A DNA stretch of 64,000 nucleotides from an uncultured Candidatus Rokubacteria bacterium (lineage in GTDB: Bacteria > Methylomirabilota > Methylomirabilia > Rokubacteriales > CSP1-6): positions 50,049 through 114,048 of the forward strand of contig CAWBMV010000016.1 in assembly GCA_963789955.1 (NCBI GenBank), read 5' to 3'. The position numbers were made by a program, and so were the translations under genes. Below are positions 29,508 through 41,734 of this stretch, piece after piece (within the stretch, counting starts at the first letter, position 1; every line of letters begins with the position of its first letter). The notes under the pieces were generated by a model. The model was not told where the DNA came from. It ran no database searches and saw nothing but the letters and a program-made list of their open reading frames with translations.

Positions 29508-30157
29508 GCGGCGGCGCTCCTTGCCGTTCCGGGATTCCGGCGTTCGCCACGAGACGCCGGACGACACGCGAGATCACGTGGCGGAGCGTGGCGCCGAGGA
29601 TGAGAAGATCCACCACGAGCGAGTGCCGGGAGACGTACTCGAGCTGAAGGCGCATCTTCTGCGGGCGAATTTCCTCGAGGTACACGCGTTCGGGATCGAC
29701 GCGACCTCGGAGCAACGACTCCTTCATCTGGATTGCTGAGCGTCGCCCAGTCGGTGATGCCCGGTCGAACGTCGAGGATGCGGCGCTCCTCAGGCGAGAA
29801 CATCCGGACGTACGCTTCCACCTCGGGCCGCGGCCCCACGAGACTCATGTGCCCGGCGACCACGTTGAAGAGCTGAGGAAGCTCGTCCAGCTTGTACCGG
29901 CGGAGCACGCCGCCGATGCGGGTGATACGCGGATCGTCGTCAGCCGTCGAAGAGCCTCCGAGCCGCTCGGCGTTCACGACCATCGTGCGAAATTTGCACA
30001 TGCGGAACGGCCGGCCGTGCCGGCCGATCCTGACGCCCCGGTACAGCACGGGCCCATGATCCTCGCGCTTGACCAGGACCGCGATCACGACGAGCAGCGG
30101 CGCCAGGACCAGAAGCCCGACGACCGCTGCGATGAGGTCCACGGTGCGCTTGACCAC
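29497..30157 (-). CDS. Initiating polyprenyl phosphoglycosyl transferase (Bac_transf, PglC-like; frameshifted)
   Basis: KRTVDL, KFRTM, DDPRITRIG, KLDELPQ, MSLVGPRP and RPGITD motifs. Confidence 0.92.
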
Positions 30158-31041
30158 TACGCCAGCCCGCTCCCCGCGTTTCGCGCCGCGTGCAGCTGGT
30201 GCCCACCATTCAGGTCCTCGAGCACGGCCGAGACGTAACCGAGCTCCAGAACGCCATCGATGAAGGCCCCCAGGGCCGTGAGGTGGTGCGGCCCGAGGCC
30301 GCGTCGATGCCGTGTCGGGTTGTCCGCGGGGATCACCTGGTCCGCGCCGTCGACGAATTCCGCCGGATGCGCGTAGAAGACGAGGATCGAGCTTCGCGAC
30401 CTGAGCCGATGGACGGCCCATCGGAGCGGAGCCAACCCCAGGACACGGAGCGCGCTCATGTTGAGTGGAAGCAGGAAGGCTGACGGCGGAACCTCGAGCA
30501 CGGTGCTGGCGCCTCGGTCGTTCAGATCATCGAGAGATGGATGATATGGCTCGAGCGGCGCCCGGTAATATCGCGTCCGCCTCACCCCCGCCGGTCCGAC
30601 CGAGAGCCGACGCGGCGACACCGACGAATCGTAGGAGTATCCGACGTCCTGCAGGACACGAACCGTCGTCTCGCTGACGAGGAGGTTCGGGGCCCGGAAT
30701 GCCTTCGGCGACACGCCGGAGGCGTCTTCGACGGCGCGCGAGGCGTCCACCAGCCACGTCCGCTGTCGCTCCGCCGGCGCCAGACCGAAATTCTCGTCGT
30801 CGGTCGCGCTGAGCGAGCCGTGCTCCCACCCGTGGGTCCCGAGCGCGTGTCCGCGATGGGCAACCTCTCGGACGACGTGCGGATAACGCTCGGCGAACCG
30901 GCCGGCCACGAAGAACGTGGCCCGGATGCCCAGGCGATCGCAGAAATCGCACAAGCGCAGGACTCCGGTCTCGGAGCCAACGACCCAATCGACGTCCACC
31001 GTGAACAAGAACCGCCGCGCGGGCAGGCCGGTCGGGTTCAT
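30157..31041 (-). CDS. Polysaccharide deacetylase
   Basis: FTVDVD, ATFFV, HGWEH, FRAP, YDSS and YAHP motifs. Confidence 0.85.
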   Translation of the reverse strand: MNPTGLPARRFLFTVDVDWVVGSETGVLRLCDFCDRLGIRATFFVAGRFAERYPHVVREVAHRGHALGTHGWEHGSLSATDDENFGLAPAERQRTWLVDASRAVEDASGVSPKAFRAPNLLVSETTVRVLQDVGYSYDSSVSPRRLSVGPAGVRRTRYYRAPLEPYHPSLDDLNDRGASTVLEVPPSAFLLPLNMSALRVLGLAPLRWAVHRLRSRSSILVFYAHPAEFVDGADQVIPADNPTRHRRGLGPHHLTALGAFIDGVLELGYVSAVLEDLNGGHQLHAARNAGSGLA

Positions 31042-31586
31042 GGATGCTCGGCCGCGGCGGTGAGCGCGAAATACCCGAGCGCGCGCACGCGCAGTCGATC
31101 CTTGCGAATGCCTTCGGCCACGAGCGACAGGCCGGCGCGCTTCGCGGCCCGGACCGATGCCACGTTGCTCTCTTCGGTCAGATACCAGAATCGACGGCCC
31201 GGGCGACCGAGCCGGCGGACGATCTCGCGGATCGCGAAGGTCGCCAGACCTCGTCCCCGATGCGTCTCGTCCGTCGCGGTATATCCGATCTGAAGGTCGC
31301 CCGGGCCCATGAACGGAAAGACGAAATAGGGTGGCAGCACCAGCGCGCGATGGGCGACGTGCCGGCCGGCGCGAATGATCAGCGCCCCGTACTCGCGGTT
31401 CCGGAAGCATTGCGTCTCGTGCATGAGCCAGCACACGTAGAGTCGCGCCGCGCGCTCGCCCGGCGGCACCGGATGCGCCCACGAGGGCCGCCACAGCTCG
31501 ACTCGGTATTCGCTCGGGAGCGGCGCCTCGGACCATGCCTCGCCGCTCTCGGCCGTGAACACCAGATAGCGTTCTAACGGGCGCAC
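31038..31586 (-). CDS. GNAT-family acetyltransferase
   Basis: HRGRGLA acetyl-CoA motif; NVASVRAAKRAG. Confidence 0.8.
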   Translation of the reverse strand: MRPLERYLVFTAESGEAWSEAPLPSEYRVELWRPSWAHPVPPGERAARLYVCWLMHETQCFRNREYGALIIRAGRHVAHRALVLPPYFVFPFMGPGDLQIGYTATDETHRGRGLATFAIREIVRRLGRPGRRFWYLTEESNVASVRAAKRAGLSLVAEGIRKDRLRVRALGYFALTAAAEHP

Positions 31587-31593
31587 GCCGCCC

Positions 31594-32283
31594 TCACGCG
31601 AATGCGGTCACGAAGTAGCACCCGCCTGTGTAGTCGAGATGCTTCACGTCGATCCTGGTGAACCCGGCTCGCGCCAGATAGTCGCGGGTCTCGGTCTCCG
31701 AGTGGTGGAAGACCTCACAGCGCCCCAGCAGCCGATACCGGATTCTGCGCATCGGCCAGCGCAGCGCGTCTTTGAACGGAACCGAGATGACCGCTGACCC
31801 GCGAATGTGCTTGCGCAGCGCCGCCAGGAACGCCACGGGCTCCGCGACATAGTCGAGGACGCCCATCACGATAGCGAAATCGAACGGCTCGTCGAGCTCG
31901 GCGACGCCGCGCACCGTCGGAAACGGCGAGCAGACGAAGCGGCACTGCTCGGCGAGACCCCGTCGGGCGGCTTCCTCACGCGCTCGCGCGATCATCGGCT
32001 CAGCGATGTCGAGCCCGACGATCTTCCGGGGACCCCACCGGGCCGCCTCGAAGCAATACACGCCCGATCCGCAGCCGATATCGAGCACCGACTTGCCATG
32101 CAGGAGAGGTCCGAGCGTCTTGAACGTGAGATCGTAGCGGTCGTAGATATCGCGCCGGAGCATCGCGTCGAGCGTACGCAACAGTCGAGTCCGCTTGCCG
32201 CCGTAGATCGAGTCCCACTGCTCCGAGAAGTCGGAAAAGAAGCGACGGACGTTCTCGCTCTGCGCCGGCGAGTGATGGCTCAT
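31594..32283 (-). CDS. Class I SAM-dependent methyltransferase
   Basis: VLDIGCGSG, GLDIAEPMI and FDFAI motifs. Confidence 0.88.
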   Translation of the reverse strand: MSHHSPAQSENVRRFFSDFSEQWDSIYGGKRTRLLRTLDAMLRRDIYDRYDLTFKTLGPLLHGKSVLDIGCGSGVYCFEAARWGPRKIVGLDIAEPMIARAREEAARRGLAEQCRFVCSPFPTVRGVAELDEPFDFAIVMGVLDYVAEPVAFLAALRKHIRGSAVISVPFKDALRWPMRRIRYRLLGRCEVFHHSETETRDYLARAGFTRIDVKHLDYTGGCYFVTAFA

Positions 32284-33531
32284 CGGCGCGGGCCCGTGGT
32301 CTCGGCCACGCGCCGCAGCAACGCCTCGGTGAGTGGCGCACCGACCTCGAGCGACATTCGCTCGAGGTAGTATGCGCGGCCGCGTGCGCCCATGGCGTCG
32401 AGCTCTTCGCGATCCGTCTCGAACAGCTTCCGCATCGCGTCGGCCAGCTCCGCGGGATCCTCGGGACCGCAGGTCGCCCCCGCGCCGGCGTCACGAACGA
32501 TATCGGACGCGTCGCCGCGAACCGCCATCAGGATCGGGCGGGCGCTGGCCAGCGACACCTGCGTCTTGCTCGGGATCGTGCCCCGCAGGAACGGCAGGTC
32601 ACGCAGGTGAACCAGCAGCACATCGGCGAGCGCGTTGATCCTGGGCATCTCCGAGTACTCGCGATGCCCGAGGAAGCGGACGTTGTCAGCCCCCAGCTCC
32701 CGGGCCAGCGACTTCAGCTGAGCCTCGCACTGCCCGGTCCCGCTTAGCACCACCTGGATTCTCGACTCGCCGCGGATCATGGCCGCCGCCCGGATGACGG
32801 TGTCGAGCCCCTGGAACGCGCCGAGGTTGCCCGCGTAGACGATATTGAACCGGCCCGTCAGACCCAGCGCGGCCGCCAGCGCGGGGTCGCGCTCGACGGG
32901 CTTGAATACCGTCTCGTCGGTCCAGTTGTAGATCACTTCCATCTTCTGGGACGGGACGCCGCGGGCGAGCAGCAGACGCTTGAAACCGGGAGAGAGAACC
33001 GACAGTGCGCCCGCCTGCCCGTAGGTCAGGCGGCACCAGCCCGCCAGGAGACGCTCGACGACGCGCCGCGCGGCGTTGTCGCCCAGCATTCCCGAGGCGA
33101 CCACCGCTTCGGGCCACATGTCTGCGATGTGATACACGAACGGCATCCCGCGAAGCGCCTTCAACATGATCGCGGGCAGGCCAACGGTGGCCGGAGGGTG
33201 ATAGACATACGCGACGTCGGCCTGCTCCACGAGCGCGGCGCCGAGTGTCGCCGCCGAGAGGGCGAATGTCGTGTAGTTCGCCACGCGGCCCAGCGCCGAC
33301 GCATCGTGGCTCGGGTAGAGCGGCACGCGCAGTACCGGGATGCCGTCCATCACCTCGCGCTGCCAGAGCCGGATGCGGTAGCCCGGGTAGACGCGGCCGC
33401 CCGGATAGTTCGGGACCCCTGTGAGCACGCTGGACCTCGTGCCCGCGCGCCGCGAGCCATCGCGCGAGCGGCAAGCCGCGGATGGCGCCCGGCTCGGGCT
33501 CGAACCATTGGGTCACGAAGAGGATCTTCAT
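32280..33531 (-). CDS. GT4 glycosyltransferase (WbuB-like; frameshifted)
   Basis: TQWFEPEP, TGVPNYPGG, DMWPE, YAGNLG..QGL and IPSK motifs. Confidence 0.88.
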
Positions 33532-35260
33532 CGCGCGGCATACCGGTTGAGCCACAGGTCGAGCATCAGCAGTCCGAAGACTTCGCGGGAGAACTTCGTC
33601 TCGGCGGTGAAGTTCACTCGCCGCAGGTCGTAGTGATCCCGGAAGCGCGAATCCATGATCCGCTCGCGGATCAGGTGCGAGGCGCGGTTCACGAACGTCC
33701 CGATCGGCGTCGTGAAGCCCATCTTGTCCTTCCGGTGCGTGATGGTCTTCGGCACGACGCCGGCCGAAATCTCTCGCAGCACGGGCTTGAGGTCGCCGTT
33801 CTGGAGAAACCGCGCCGAGCTCACTCTTTGCAGGTGACGCACGAGCCGCTGATGGAGGAGGCTCGGCCGGCTCTCGAGTGAGTGACGGCCGGCCATCTTG
33901 TCGTCGATGTTGAGGAGCCCCGGGAGAAAGTGACGGCGGTCGAACCGCAGCATCGTGTCGAGCTCGTCATCGCCGGCTCGGCAGGCCTCGTAGGCGGCTT
34001 CGAACGTCTTCTCGACATCGGGCTCATAGAAGCGGTAGAGCGACGGGTCGCCCTTGCGGTGGGTGAACTCGAAGCGGTCGGCGGCCGCGCGTCAGCTCCT
34101 GCATGCGCTGGTAGAGCGCGCGGTACGAATCCTGGTAGCACTCACCGAGCGCCAGCTGGTATCGCACGTAGCCCGCGAACAGCTCGTCGCCTCCGGTCCC
34201 GGTGAGCATCACCTTGTAGCGCCGCTTGACCTGAGCCAGCAGGTCGTCGAGCGGGAGGATGACCGAGCCGATCGTCAGCTCGTCGAAATCCTCGACGATG
34301 TCGGTGAGCCGCGCCACCAGATTGAACGACTCCTGAGCGTTCACCACGAACAGGCGCGTGGGGGTTCCCCGCACCGCCTGCTGTGCGAAGAACGTCTCGT
34401 TGCACTCCGGGTCGGAGTAGTTGCAGTGATAGGCGACCTCGGGCCTGGCGATGCGCGTGATGAGGCTCGAGTCGAGCCCGCCGCTGCACAAGGTGGTGAA
34501 CGACGTGTCGCCGATCGTGGACGCGAGCACGCACTCGGTCACCAGCTCCCGCGTCTTCTCGACCCACTCCGCGGTCAACGGCTGCGTCGACCCACCCGGC
34601 GTCGAAGATGTCCTCGTAGCACACCAGCCGTGATGGGCCGCCATCGAGATCGAGCTCGACGACATGGCCCGGCGGCACCTTCTGGATCTGCTTCACGAAC
34701 GTCTTGTCGCCGAAGGTGAACTGGTAGCGGACGTACTCGGAGATCGCCTCGTAGTCGAGCTCGGGCGGCTCCGGCACCGCGTCGAGGATGGCCCCGATCA
34801 ACGACGACACGCAGAGGACGTCCTTCGAGCGCCAGTAGTAGAGCGGCTTCACGCCGAACTGATCGCGGACCAGGAACAATCGACGCTGGGACTTGTCGTA
34901 GACGACGAAGGCCCAGAATCCGTCGAGGTCGGGAAGGATCCGGCTGCCCCAGCGGGTCCAGGCGTGGAGCAGCACCTCGGCGTCGTTGGCGGCCGTCACC
35001 GCGACGCCCTCCGCCCTCAATCGCGCCGCGATCGCGTTGAAGTTGAAGATCTCGCCGTTGTAGGCGAGCACGTGGGTCGCGCTCTCGAGCGGCTCGGTTC
35101 CGCGATCGTCGAGCCCGATGATGGCCAGACGCGCGTGACCGATCTGCACCGTCCGATCCGACCAGAACCCGATGTCGTCGGGTCCGCGCCGCCTCAAGGA
35201 CCGGAGCAGGCGATGGTGAAACGGCCGATCGACGCCGGAGATCGCGAGGATGCCGCACAT
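33528..35260 (-). CDS. Asparagine synthetase-like glutamine amidotransferase (frameshifted)
   Basis: MCG N-terminus, RGPD, YNGEI, RDQFGVKPLY, SGGLDSS and GTGGDELFAGY motifs. Confidence 0.88.
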
Positions 35261-35270
35261 ATCGCGGGTG

Positions 35271-36303
35271 TTACGCGCCCTGACCGAACGCCATGCGGAC
35301 ACCGTCCTTGAACGACAGGGGCTCGCGACCCAGGAGCGCGCGAAGGGCGGACGGGTCGCCTAAACAGTGTCGCATGTCCCCCGCCCGATACCCGCCGACA
35401 ACCTCAGGCGGGCAATCGACCCCGAGCGCCTCGGCGATCCGCTCGCAGGCCTCGCCGAGCCGGGTGGGGACACCTGAGCAGACGTTGGTGACCGGCTGGC
35501 GCCGGTCGCGCCGCCCAAGCACGGCCAGGATGGCGGCCACGACGTCGCCGACGAAGACCCAATCGCGGATCTGCCGCCCGTCCTCGAAGAGCTTCGGCCG
35601 CTCACCCGCCCGCGCCCAGCCCGGCGATCCGCGCGATGATGGTGGCCTCCCCATCGTCCAGCCGCAGGCGGGACCCGTACACGGACGAGAAGCGCAGAAT
35701 CGAGACCGGGCACGCGGTAGAGCCCCTGAAGCAGAGCTCCTGCATGTACTTCGAGGCGCCGTACGTCTCGAGAGGATCCGGCGCGCGCCGTCTCCGTGAT
35801 CGGCTGGATCTCCATGTCGGCGCCGCACTCGCGGCAGCGCACCTCGAAGCGCCCAGCGTCGAGGTCGGCCGGGCTTCGCGTCCCGTCGCCCTCGCGCGCG
35901 CACCGCGCGCACCGATACGTGTAGTTGGCCCCGTAGACGCTGAAGCTGGACGCCAGCACGACGCGGCGCAACCGGGTCCAGCGCCGCGCGGCCTCGACGA
36001 GCCGTCCCGTGCCGGCGCAATTCGCCTCCAGGATGTTGGCGGGCTCGCGCGCCGCGCGTGCGACGCCGCCGAGCGCCGCCAGATGCACGACGGCCTCGAC
36101 GTCGTCGAAGCCGTGCGTCCGGCTCGAAGTCGGCGCAGGTCGACGATGCGATAGTCGACATCCGCGCGAAGGTAGGTCGGCCGCTCGCGATGGACGCCGG
36201 GATCGAGGCTGTCGACGCAGACGACGGCGGCGCCCGCCTCGCGGAGGGCATCCACGACGTGCGAGCCGATGAAACCGGCGCCGCCCGTCACCAGGACTTT
36301 CAT
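35271..36303 (-). CDS. NAD-dependent sugar epimerase with CxxC..CxxC insert (frameshifted)
   Basis: TGGAGFIG, CARC..CREC, YGASK, DGRQIRDWV and YRAGDMRH motifs. Confidence 0.85.
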
Positions 36304-37269
36304 GCGCGTGCGCTCAAGGTCGCGGCGATCCGCTCACGATGCTCGCGAAACCAGTCGACCGTTCGCTCGATGCCCTCGCGAACGCTCACCGCTGGCGCGA
36401 ATCCCAGTGTGGCCCGCGCCTTGCCGATGTCCGCCTCGCGGTGGGTCGAGCGGTCCCAGGGCCGCCGCGGCGCGAACTGGATCGGGCTCGCGGAGCGGCA
36501 CGCCTTGACGATCATCTCCGCCAGATCGATGACGCGGGTCTGAACACCGGTCCCGAGGTTGAACGCGTCGCCGCGGGCCGCGGGCATCTCGGCGCTCGCG
36601 AGCAGACCGTCCGACGAGATCGTCGACGAAGATGAAATCGCGCGTCTCTTCTCCGGTCCCGGTGATGACCAGCGGCTCGCCGTGCAGCGCGCGCCAGATG
36701 AAGTTCGGGATCACGTTTCGGTAGGCGCCGGGCACTTCGCCCGGACCATACGAGTTGAAGAAGCGGCAGCGCACCGTGGTGCACGCGGGCATCGAAGTAA
36801 TTGCAGTAGAGCTCGCCCAGCGCCTTCGTGATCTGGTAGGGCGTGTCGAGCGCGAGGCTCACCGGCATGTCCTCGCGAATCGGCCCGTCGACGCCGTGAC
36901 CGGCGATCGAGCAGCCGGCCGACGCGTAGACGAAGCGTTCCGCCCGGCGCGCCTCGGCCCACATGAGCGCCGTGAGCGTGCCGAGACCGTTCGTGTGCAG
37001 ATCGTCGCGCGGATGATCCACGCTGTTCTGATTCGCGAAGAAGGCGGCGAGGTGGAAGACCAGCGGGCCATCCGCCCGAGGCCCAGATCGAAGATCCGGC
37101 ACACGTCGCCTCGCGTGAGTCGGACTCGCGGATCTGAGGGGAGCAGCCACTCATACCCCGACGACAGGTCGTCGACGACCTCCACGTGCGCGACGTCACG
37201 CTCCAGCAATCGCCGGACGAGCCAGGATCCGATCGCGCCCGCGCCTCCGGTGACGACGACGGTCTTCAT
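36300..37269 (-). CDS. NAD-dependent sugar epimerase/dehydratase (WbmF-like; frameshifted)
   Basis: TGGAGAIG, HLAAFFANQNS, SAGCS, TPYQITK, RFFNSYGPGE and TRDFIFV motifs. Confidence 0.82.
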
Positions 37270-38375
37270 GCTCGTTCGACTGCGGGCGCGCGGCCGGCGC
37301 GCCACGCCGCTTCGTGGATCGCGCGCGCGTACCGCGGCCACACACGCTCGATGTCGCAGCGCTCGACCACCGTCTGGCGTCCGCGCCCACCGATCTCGCG
37401 CGCCCGATCGGGTCGTGAGAAGAGCTCGACGACGCGCTTCGTCATGCCGGCGACATCGCCCACCTCGACGAGGAATCCGTTATCTTCGTGACGAATCAAG
37501 TCCGGAAGGCCTCCCACTCCGGTCGCGACGACAGGCAGCCCGACGGCCATCGCCTCGATTACCGCGTTCGGAAGCCCCTCGGAATGGCTGGGAAAGAGAA
37601 ACACGTCGCTCTCGCCGAGCACGCGTTGAACCTCGTGACGGCCGAGCCAGCCCGTGGTGCGCGCCGCGCCCGACAATCCCGCGCTGGCGACGCTCTCGCG
37701 GAATGCGTCCAGATCGCGGCCGCCACCGACGATGGTGAGCGTCGCCGAGGGGTGAACCGTTCGAACGCCAGCAAGAACCTCGAGGGCCTCGAAGACCCCT
37801 TTCTCGCGCGTCACCCAGCCGACGAAGACGATGCGGCCCCCGGGAGCATGCGGGACGGCAGGGTCGCCGAGCCTCACACCATTCGAGACCTCGATGACCT
37901 TGTCGCCGCCCGCGAAACGACCGAAGTAGGTCGTCCAGTACCCGCTCTGCGTGCACACGCAGTGAGCGCTCCTGAGCACCAGCCGCAGCCAGGTGCGCAG
38001 CACCGGCCACCGGGCACACTGCTCGGGAACATTGCCGCCGCTGATTCGCAGCACCACCCCGCGACGAGCCAGGCGCGCGAGAATGCACATCCATCCCTTC
38101 TCGAGCAGGCTGACCGCGTCCGCCGCGAAGACGAGTACGACGTCGGCCGCCCAGAGGCGCCTGACGAACCGAGAGAGCCTGGCGACGGCCCTCGCGGCGC
38201 GTCGAGGCAGTGCCGGTGGCGGCACGGACGGCAGGGCCGTGGACAGCAATTCCAGCTCGACCGCGGAGGCCAGGCTGCTCTCGAAGAGCGCGTTGGCCGC
38301 GACAGCCTGGCCTCCGGTCGCGCCGCCCGCGCCCGCCGCGACCGAGGCGACGAAGAGGACGCGCAGCCGGCTCAC
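37266..38375 (-). CDS. GT4 glycosyltransferase
   Basis: FVGW..EKG and FPSHSEGLPNAVIEAMA..PVVAT motifs. Confidence 0.88.
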   Translation of the reverse strand: MSRLRVLFVASVAAGAGGATGGQAVAANALFESSLASAVELELLSTALPSVPPPALPRRAARAVARLSRFVRRLWAADVVLVFAADAVSLLEKGWMCILARLARRGVVLRISGGNVPEQCARWPVLRTWLRLVLRSAHCVCTQSGYWTTYFGRFAGGDKVIEVSNGVRLGDPAVPHAPGGRIVFVGWVTREKGVFEALEVLAGVRTVHPSATLTIVGGGRDLDAFRESVASAGLSGAARTTGWLGRHEVQRVLGESDVFLFPSHSEGLPNAVIEAMAVGLPVVATGVGGLPDLIRHEDNGFLVEVGDVAGMTKRVVELFSRPDRAREIGGRGRQTVVERCDIERVWPRYARAIHEAAWRAGRAPAVERA

Positions 38376-40287
38376 GTCGTGGACGGCGGTTCCACTCGAC
38401 CGAGAATGCACCGCCGCCAGCGAAAGAACGTGTACAGCAGGAACGACCGATGAAGCGCTCGATAGCTGTCGTGGCGCCGGCACCGTTCCATGTCGGCGCG
38501 GACCTGTCGTTCCAGGGCGACGCGGTTGAGCTCCGCGTCCGGGTCGCGCGCGTAAGCATCCACCTCCCGGCGGAGCGCGGTCCAGAAGCGCTCGCCCAGC
38601 CATCGCGAAACCGGGAGCGTGAAGCCGCGCTTGGGCGCCGCCGAGGACGGGCTGAGGCAGACGGCCGGCCAGCGCCTCTCGAAGTACGCGCTTGCCGAGG
38701 CCTCCACGGACCTTGAGATGCCCAGGCAACGCGAGCGCGTACGCCGCCAGGCGGGAATCGAGGAACGGGGCGCGGACCTCGAGCGATTCGGCCATCGACA
38801 TCCGATCGACCTTCGTGAGGATGTCTTGCGGCAGTGAGACGCGGAGCTCGTGAAGTGACATGGCGAGCAAGGGATCCTTCACGCCCTGCCACAGCCGGCG
38901 CGACTCCTCCCGCATCACATCGATCTGCTCTCGCGCCTCGCACTCCCAGGGCGTCGCGCGAAAGAGCTCGAGCAGGGCGTCATCGCTAAAGAGCCCTTCC
39001 ATCGAGTGCGGCAGCAAACCCGCTGGGACGGCGCCGTTGAGCTGAAAGGCCCTTTGAACTCCTTCCCACCGCCCGTGGTCTGGGAGCATGCGGGACAGGA
39101 CTCCGGAGGTACACGCGCCCAACCAGCCTCCTCCCAGACGCCGGAGGCGGTCCGTCCGCAGGTGCGACAGGTAGCCGCCAAAGAGCTCGTCGCCGCCGTC
39201 ACCCGACAGCACCACGCGGAAGTGACGCCGAGCCGCCCGCGACACCGACCTGGTCGGGATCGCGCTCGTGTCGTGGAACGGCTGCCCGAAATGCTGCAAG
39301 AGCTCGTCGACGACCACTTCCGAAAAGGAGGCCGTCTGAGCGCTCTCCTCGTGAAGCTCGATCCCGAGGCGGGCGGCCGTCTGCCGAGCGAGCGGGCGTT
39401 CGTCGTGCGCGGCGTCATCGAATCCGACTGTGACGGCGGCGATGCTCGATGTCGCTCGAACGGCGGAGGCGGCGATCGCGCTCGAGTCGATCCCGCCGCT
39501 CAGGAAGAGCCCGACGGGCACGTCGGCGACCAGCCGCTCGCGGACACTCGCGTCCAGCAAGGCCAGGATCTGCGAGCCGCACCGCTCGAGCCGAGCCACA
39601 TTCCTCGTCGACGCGGTCGGGCAAGCACCAATAGTGCCCGGACTCCTCGGCTCCGGCGGACGATCGCCGCAGCCAGGTCCCGGGACGCAGCTCCGAGATG
39701 CCCTCGACGGCGCTGATCCCCGGCCAGGGGTAGCCGGCCCGAAGAATCGCGGCGAGCCCGCGAGCGGACGGCCGCCGGGCCGAGCGGGCCGTGAGCACGA
39801 GCGGCGCGAGCTCGCTGCAGAAGGCGAAGCCATCGCGCCGATCGACGTACAGCGGCTTCTCGCCGAATCGGTCACGAGCCAGCCACAGATCACCGGCGGG
39901 GATGTCGACCGCGGCGAAGCTGAACATGCCCTCGGCCGACGCGAGCGCGCCGGGGACCCCGCGCTCGGCGATCAGCTCGAGCAGCACTTCCGTGTCGGAG
40001 GCGGTCCGGAACCGGACGCCTCGTGACGCCATCTCGGCGCGGAGCCGGACGAAGTTGTAGATCTCGCCATTCAGGACCAGACACCAGCGCCCATCGGCGC
40101 TCGTCATCGGCTGGAGTCCCCGCCGAGGGTCGATGATGGCGAGCCGAACCATGCCCAGGCGCCACGTCACGCCACGCCATTCGCCCGAGTCGTCGGGGCC
40201 GCGATGCTGGAGCATCCCGAGCATCTTGGAGACGTCCGGGCCTCCTGCGTCCAGTGCTCGTCGATCGGTCCCGGCGATACCGCACAC
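38372..40287 (-). CDS. Second AsnB-like amidotransferase (frameshifted)
   Basis: MCGIAG, HRGPD, LNGEIYN, RDRFGEKPLY, LSGGIDSS, SGDGGDELFGGY and KVDRMSMAESLEVRAPFLD motifs. Confidence 0.9.
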
Positions 40288-40291
40288 GGGC

Positions 40292-41734
40292 TCAGCGCTC
40301 CCCGCCGGTCATCGACTCGACGGTCGGCGACGGCAATCGCCGGCGACGACCGAGCCACGCCGCGACGAAGACCGCGGGGACCAGCGAGCCGACGATGCCC
40401 GCTTTCAGGAGCGAGGCGAAATCGCCCCGGATCATCATGATCGACAGCGACACGACGACGGCGTAGACGAGGATGCGGCTCTTGCTGAACGGCGCGAGAC
40501 GTCGATAGGTCACGGCGGCCCGGACCACGATCCCCTCGACGAAGGCCACGGCGGCCGCCCCCAGGATTCCGAAGTTCAGGTACCCCTCCGCCAGCAACGC
40601 GTAGCTGTATCCGCCTCCGGCGGCCGCGATCCCCGGATCGATCAGATTTACGAACCACTGGCTCGGCGCGATCGGTCGCTCCGGGTGCAGCGGCAGCGGA
40701 ATCAGGATCTCGAAGGCGTCGACGAAGCTCCGGCCCAGCCAGAACGGCTCCTGCGCGGGAACTTGATAGATCGTCTCGGTCAGCGCGAGCAGGACCGTGA
40801 CCGGCTCGGCCATCAGATTGACGAGTTCGTCGAGACCGAATTGCTCCACCAGACGCGTCAGGATGCCGCCGAAACCTTCGGCGAGATAGGCGCGAGCGAG
40901 CCCCACCGCGGCGAACACCGGCAGCGCCAGGGCCGCGCCGATAACCAGCGTTCGTAGCCGGATCCGACGCGTGGAGAAGTGATGCGCAACCAGGAGCGCC
41001 AATATCGTCTCGAGCACCACGCGACGACGGCCGATGCGCAGCATGAGCAGGGCGAAGACCGAGAACAGGATCCACGGAAGGATCGGCGTGCGGCGGCCCC
41101 ATTCCGCCGTCGTCAGATACAGCACGACGAGTCCGGTTTGCGCCAGCATCACGCCCGCGGCCAGAACGCCGAGTCCCGCGATGGCCTCGTATCCTCGCGC
41201 GTATGCCGACTCGACCAGTGTCTCGACACCGACGGTCCCGACCAGGGTGCCGACCAGCGCGGTCCCGAGGATCAGGAGCCCCGACGAGATCGCGAGACCC
41301 TCGCCTCGCGTCCAGTCGCCTTCGGCCCGCGGCATGAGTCCGGCGAGCGCGGGTCCGGCGGGGCTCGAATAGCCGAACAAGAAGGCGAAGAGGGCGATGA
41401 GCGCGACACCGATGATGCCGGACTCGAGGTGGAGGACCAGGCCGATGAAGCGTGGCACCTCTCCGACCGCCAGCCAGAAGAACGCCACCACCGGAACCAC
41501 CACGTAGATACCGAAGAAGACGAGGAACACCGTGTCCATCTCGACGAGGTCGCGGGGATGGGTGGCGCAGCGATACCAGAGCGCCGCGAAATACGCGATG
41601 ACCAGCACGGTCAACCAGATGTCGACCGGGCTCAGCACATCGGGCATCGCGAGCGCCACGATACCCGCCGAGAGCACGAGCACGTTCAGGACAGCGAGCG
41701 AGCTCAGCCACGGCGACGACAGCACGGCTCTCAC
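40292..41734 (-). CDS. wzy: O-antigen/polysaccharide polymerase
   Basis: About 11-12 TM helices, GRRR, periplasmic loop and EGYLNFGILG motif; operon context. Confidence 0.75.
   Translation of the reverse strand: MRAVLSSPWLSSLAVLNVLVLSAGIVALAMPDVLSPVDIWLTVLVIAYFAALWYRCATHPRDLVEMDTVFLVFFGIYVVVPVVAFFWLAVGEVPRFIGLVLHLESGIIGVALIALFAFLFGYSSPAGPALAGLMPRAEGDWTRGEGLAISSGLLILGTALVGTLVGTVGVETLVESAYARGYEAIAGLGVLAAGVMLAQTGLVVLYLTTAEWGRRTPILPWILFSVFALLMLRIGRRRVVLETILALLVAHHFSTRRIRLRTLVIGAALALPVFAAVGLARAYLAEGFGGILTRLVEQFGLDELVNLMAEPVTVLLALTETIYQVPAQEPFWLGRSFVDAFEILIPLPLHPERPIAPSQWFVNLIDPGIAAAGGGYSYALLAEGYLNFGILGAAAVAFVEGIVVRAAVTYRRLAPFSKSRILVYAVVVSLSIMMIRGDFASLLKAGIVGSLVPAVFVAAWLGRRRRLPSPTVESMTGGER

Noticed and set aside
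52..40287. Mass pseudogenisation or programmed frameshifting suggested by many broken ORFs
   Set aside because: Single-base indels are scattered through otherwise well-conserved genes of unrelated function, which is most simply explained by long-read consensus error. Read polishing would decide.
33528..40287. Lasso peptide cluster suggested by AsnB-like genes and a transglutaminase-like gene
   Set aside because: Both AsnB proteins keep the N-terminal Cys glutaminase domain, sit among sugar genes, and no precursor or RRE gene is visible.
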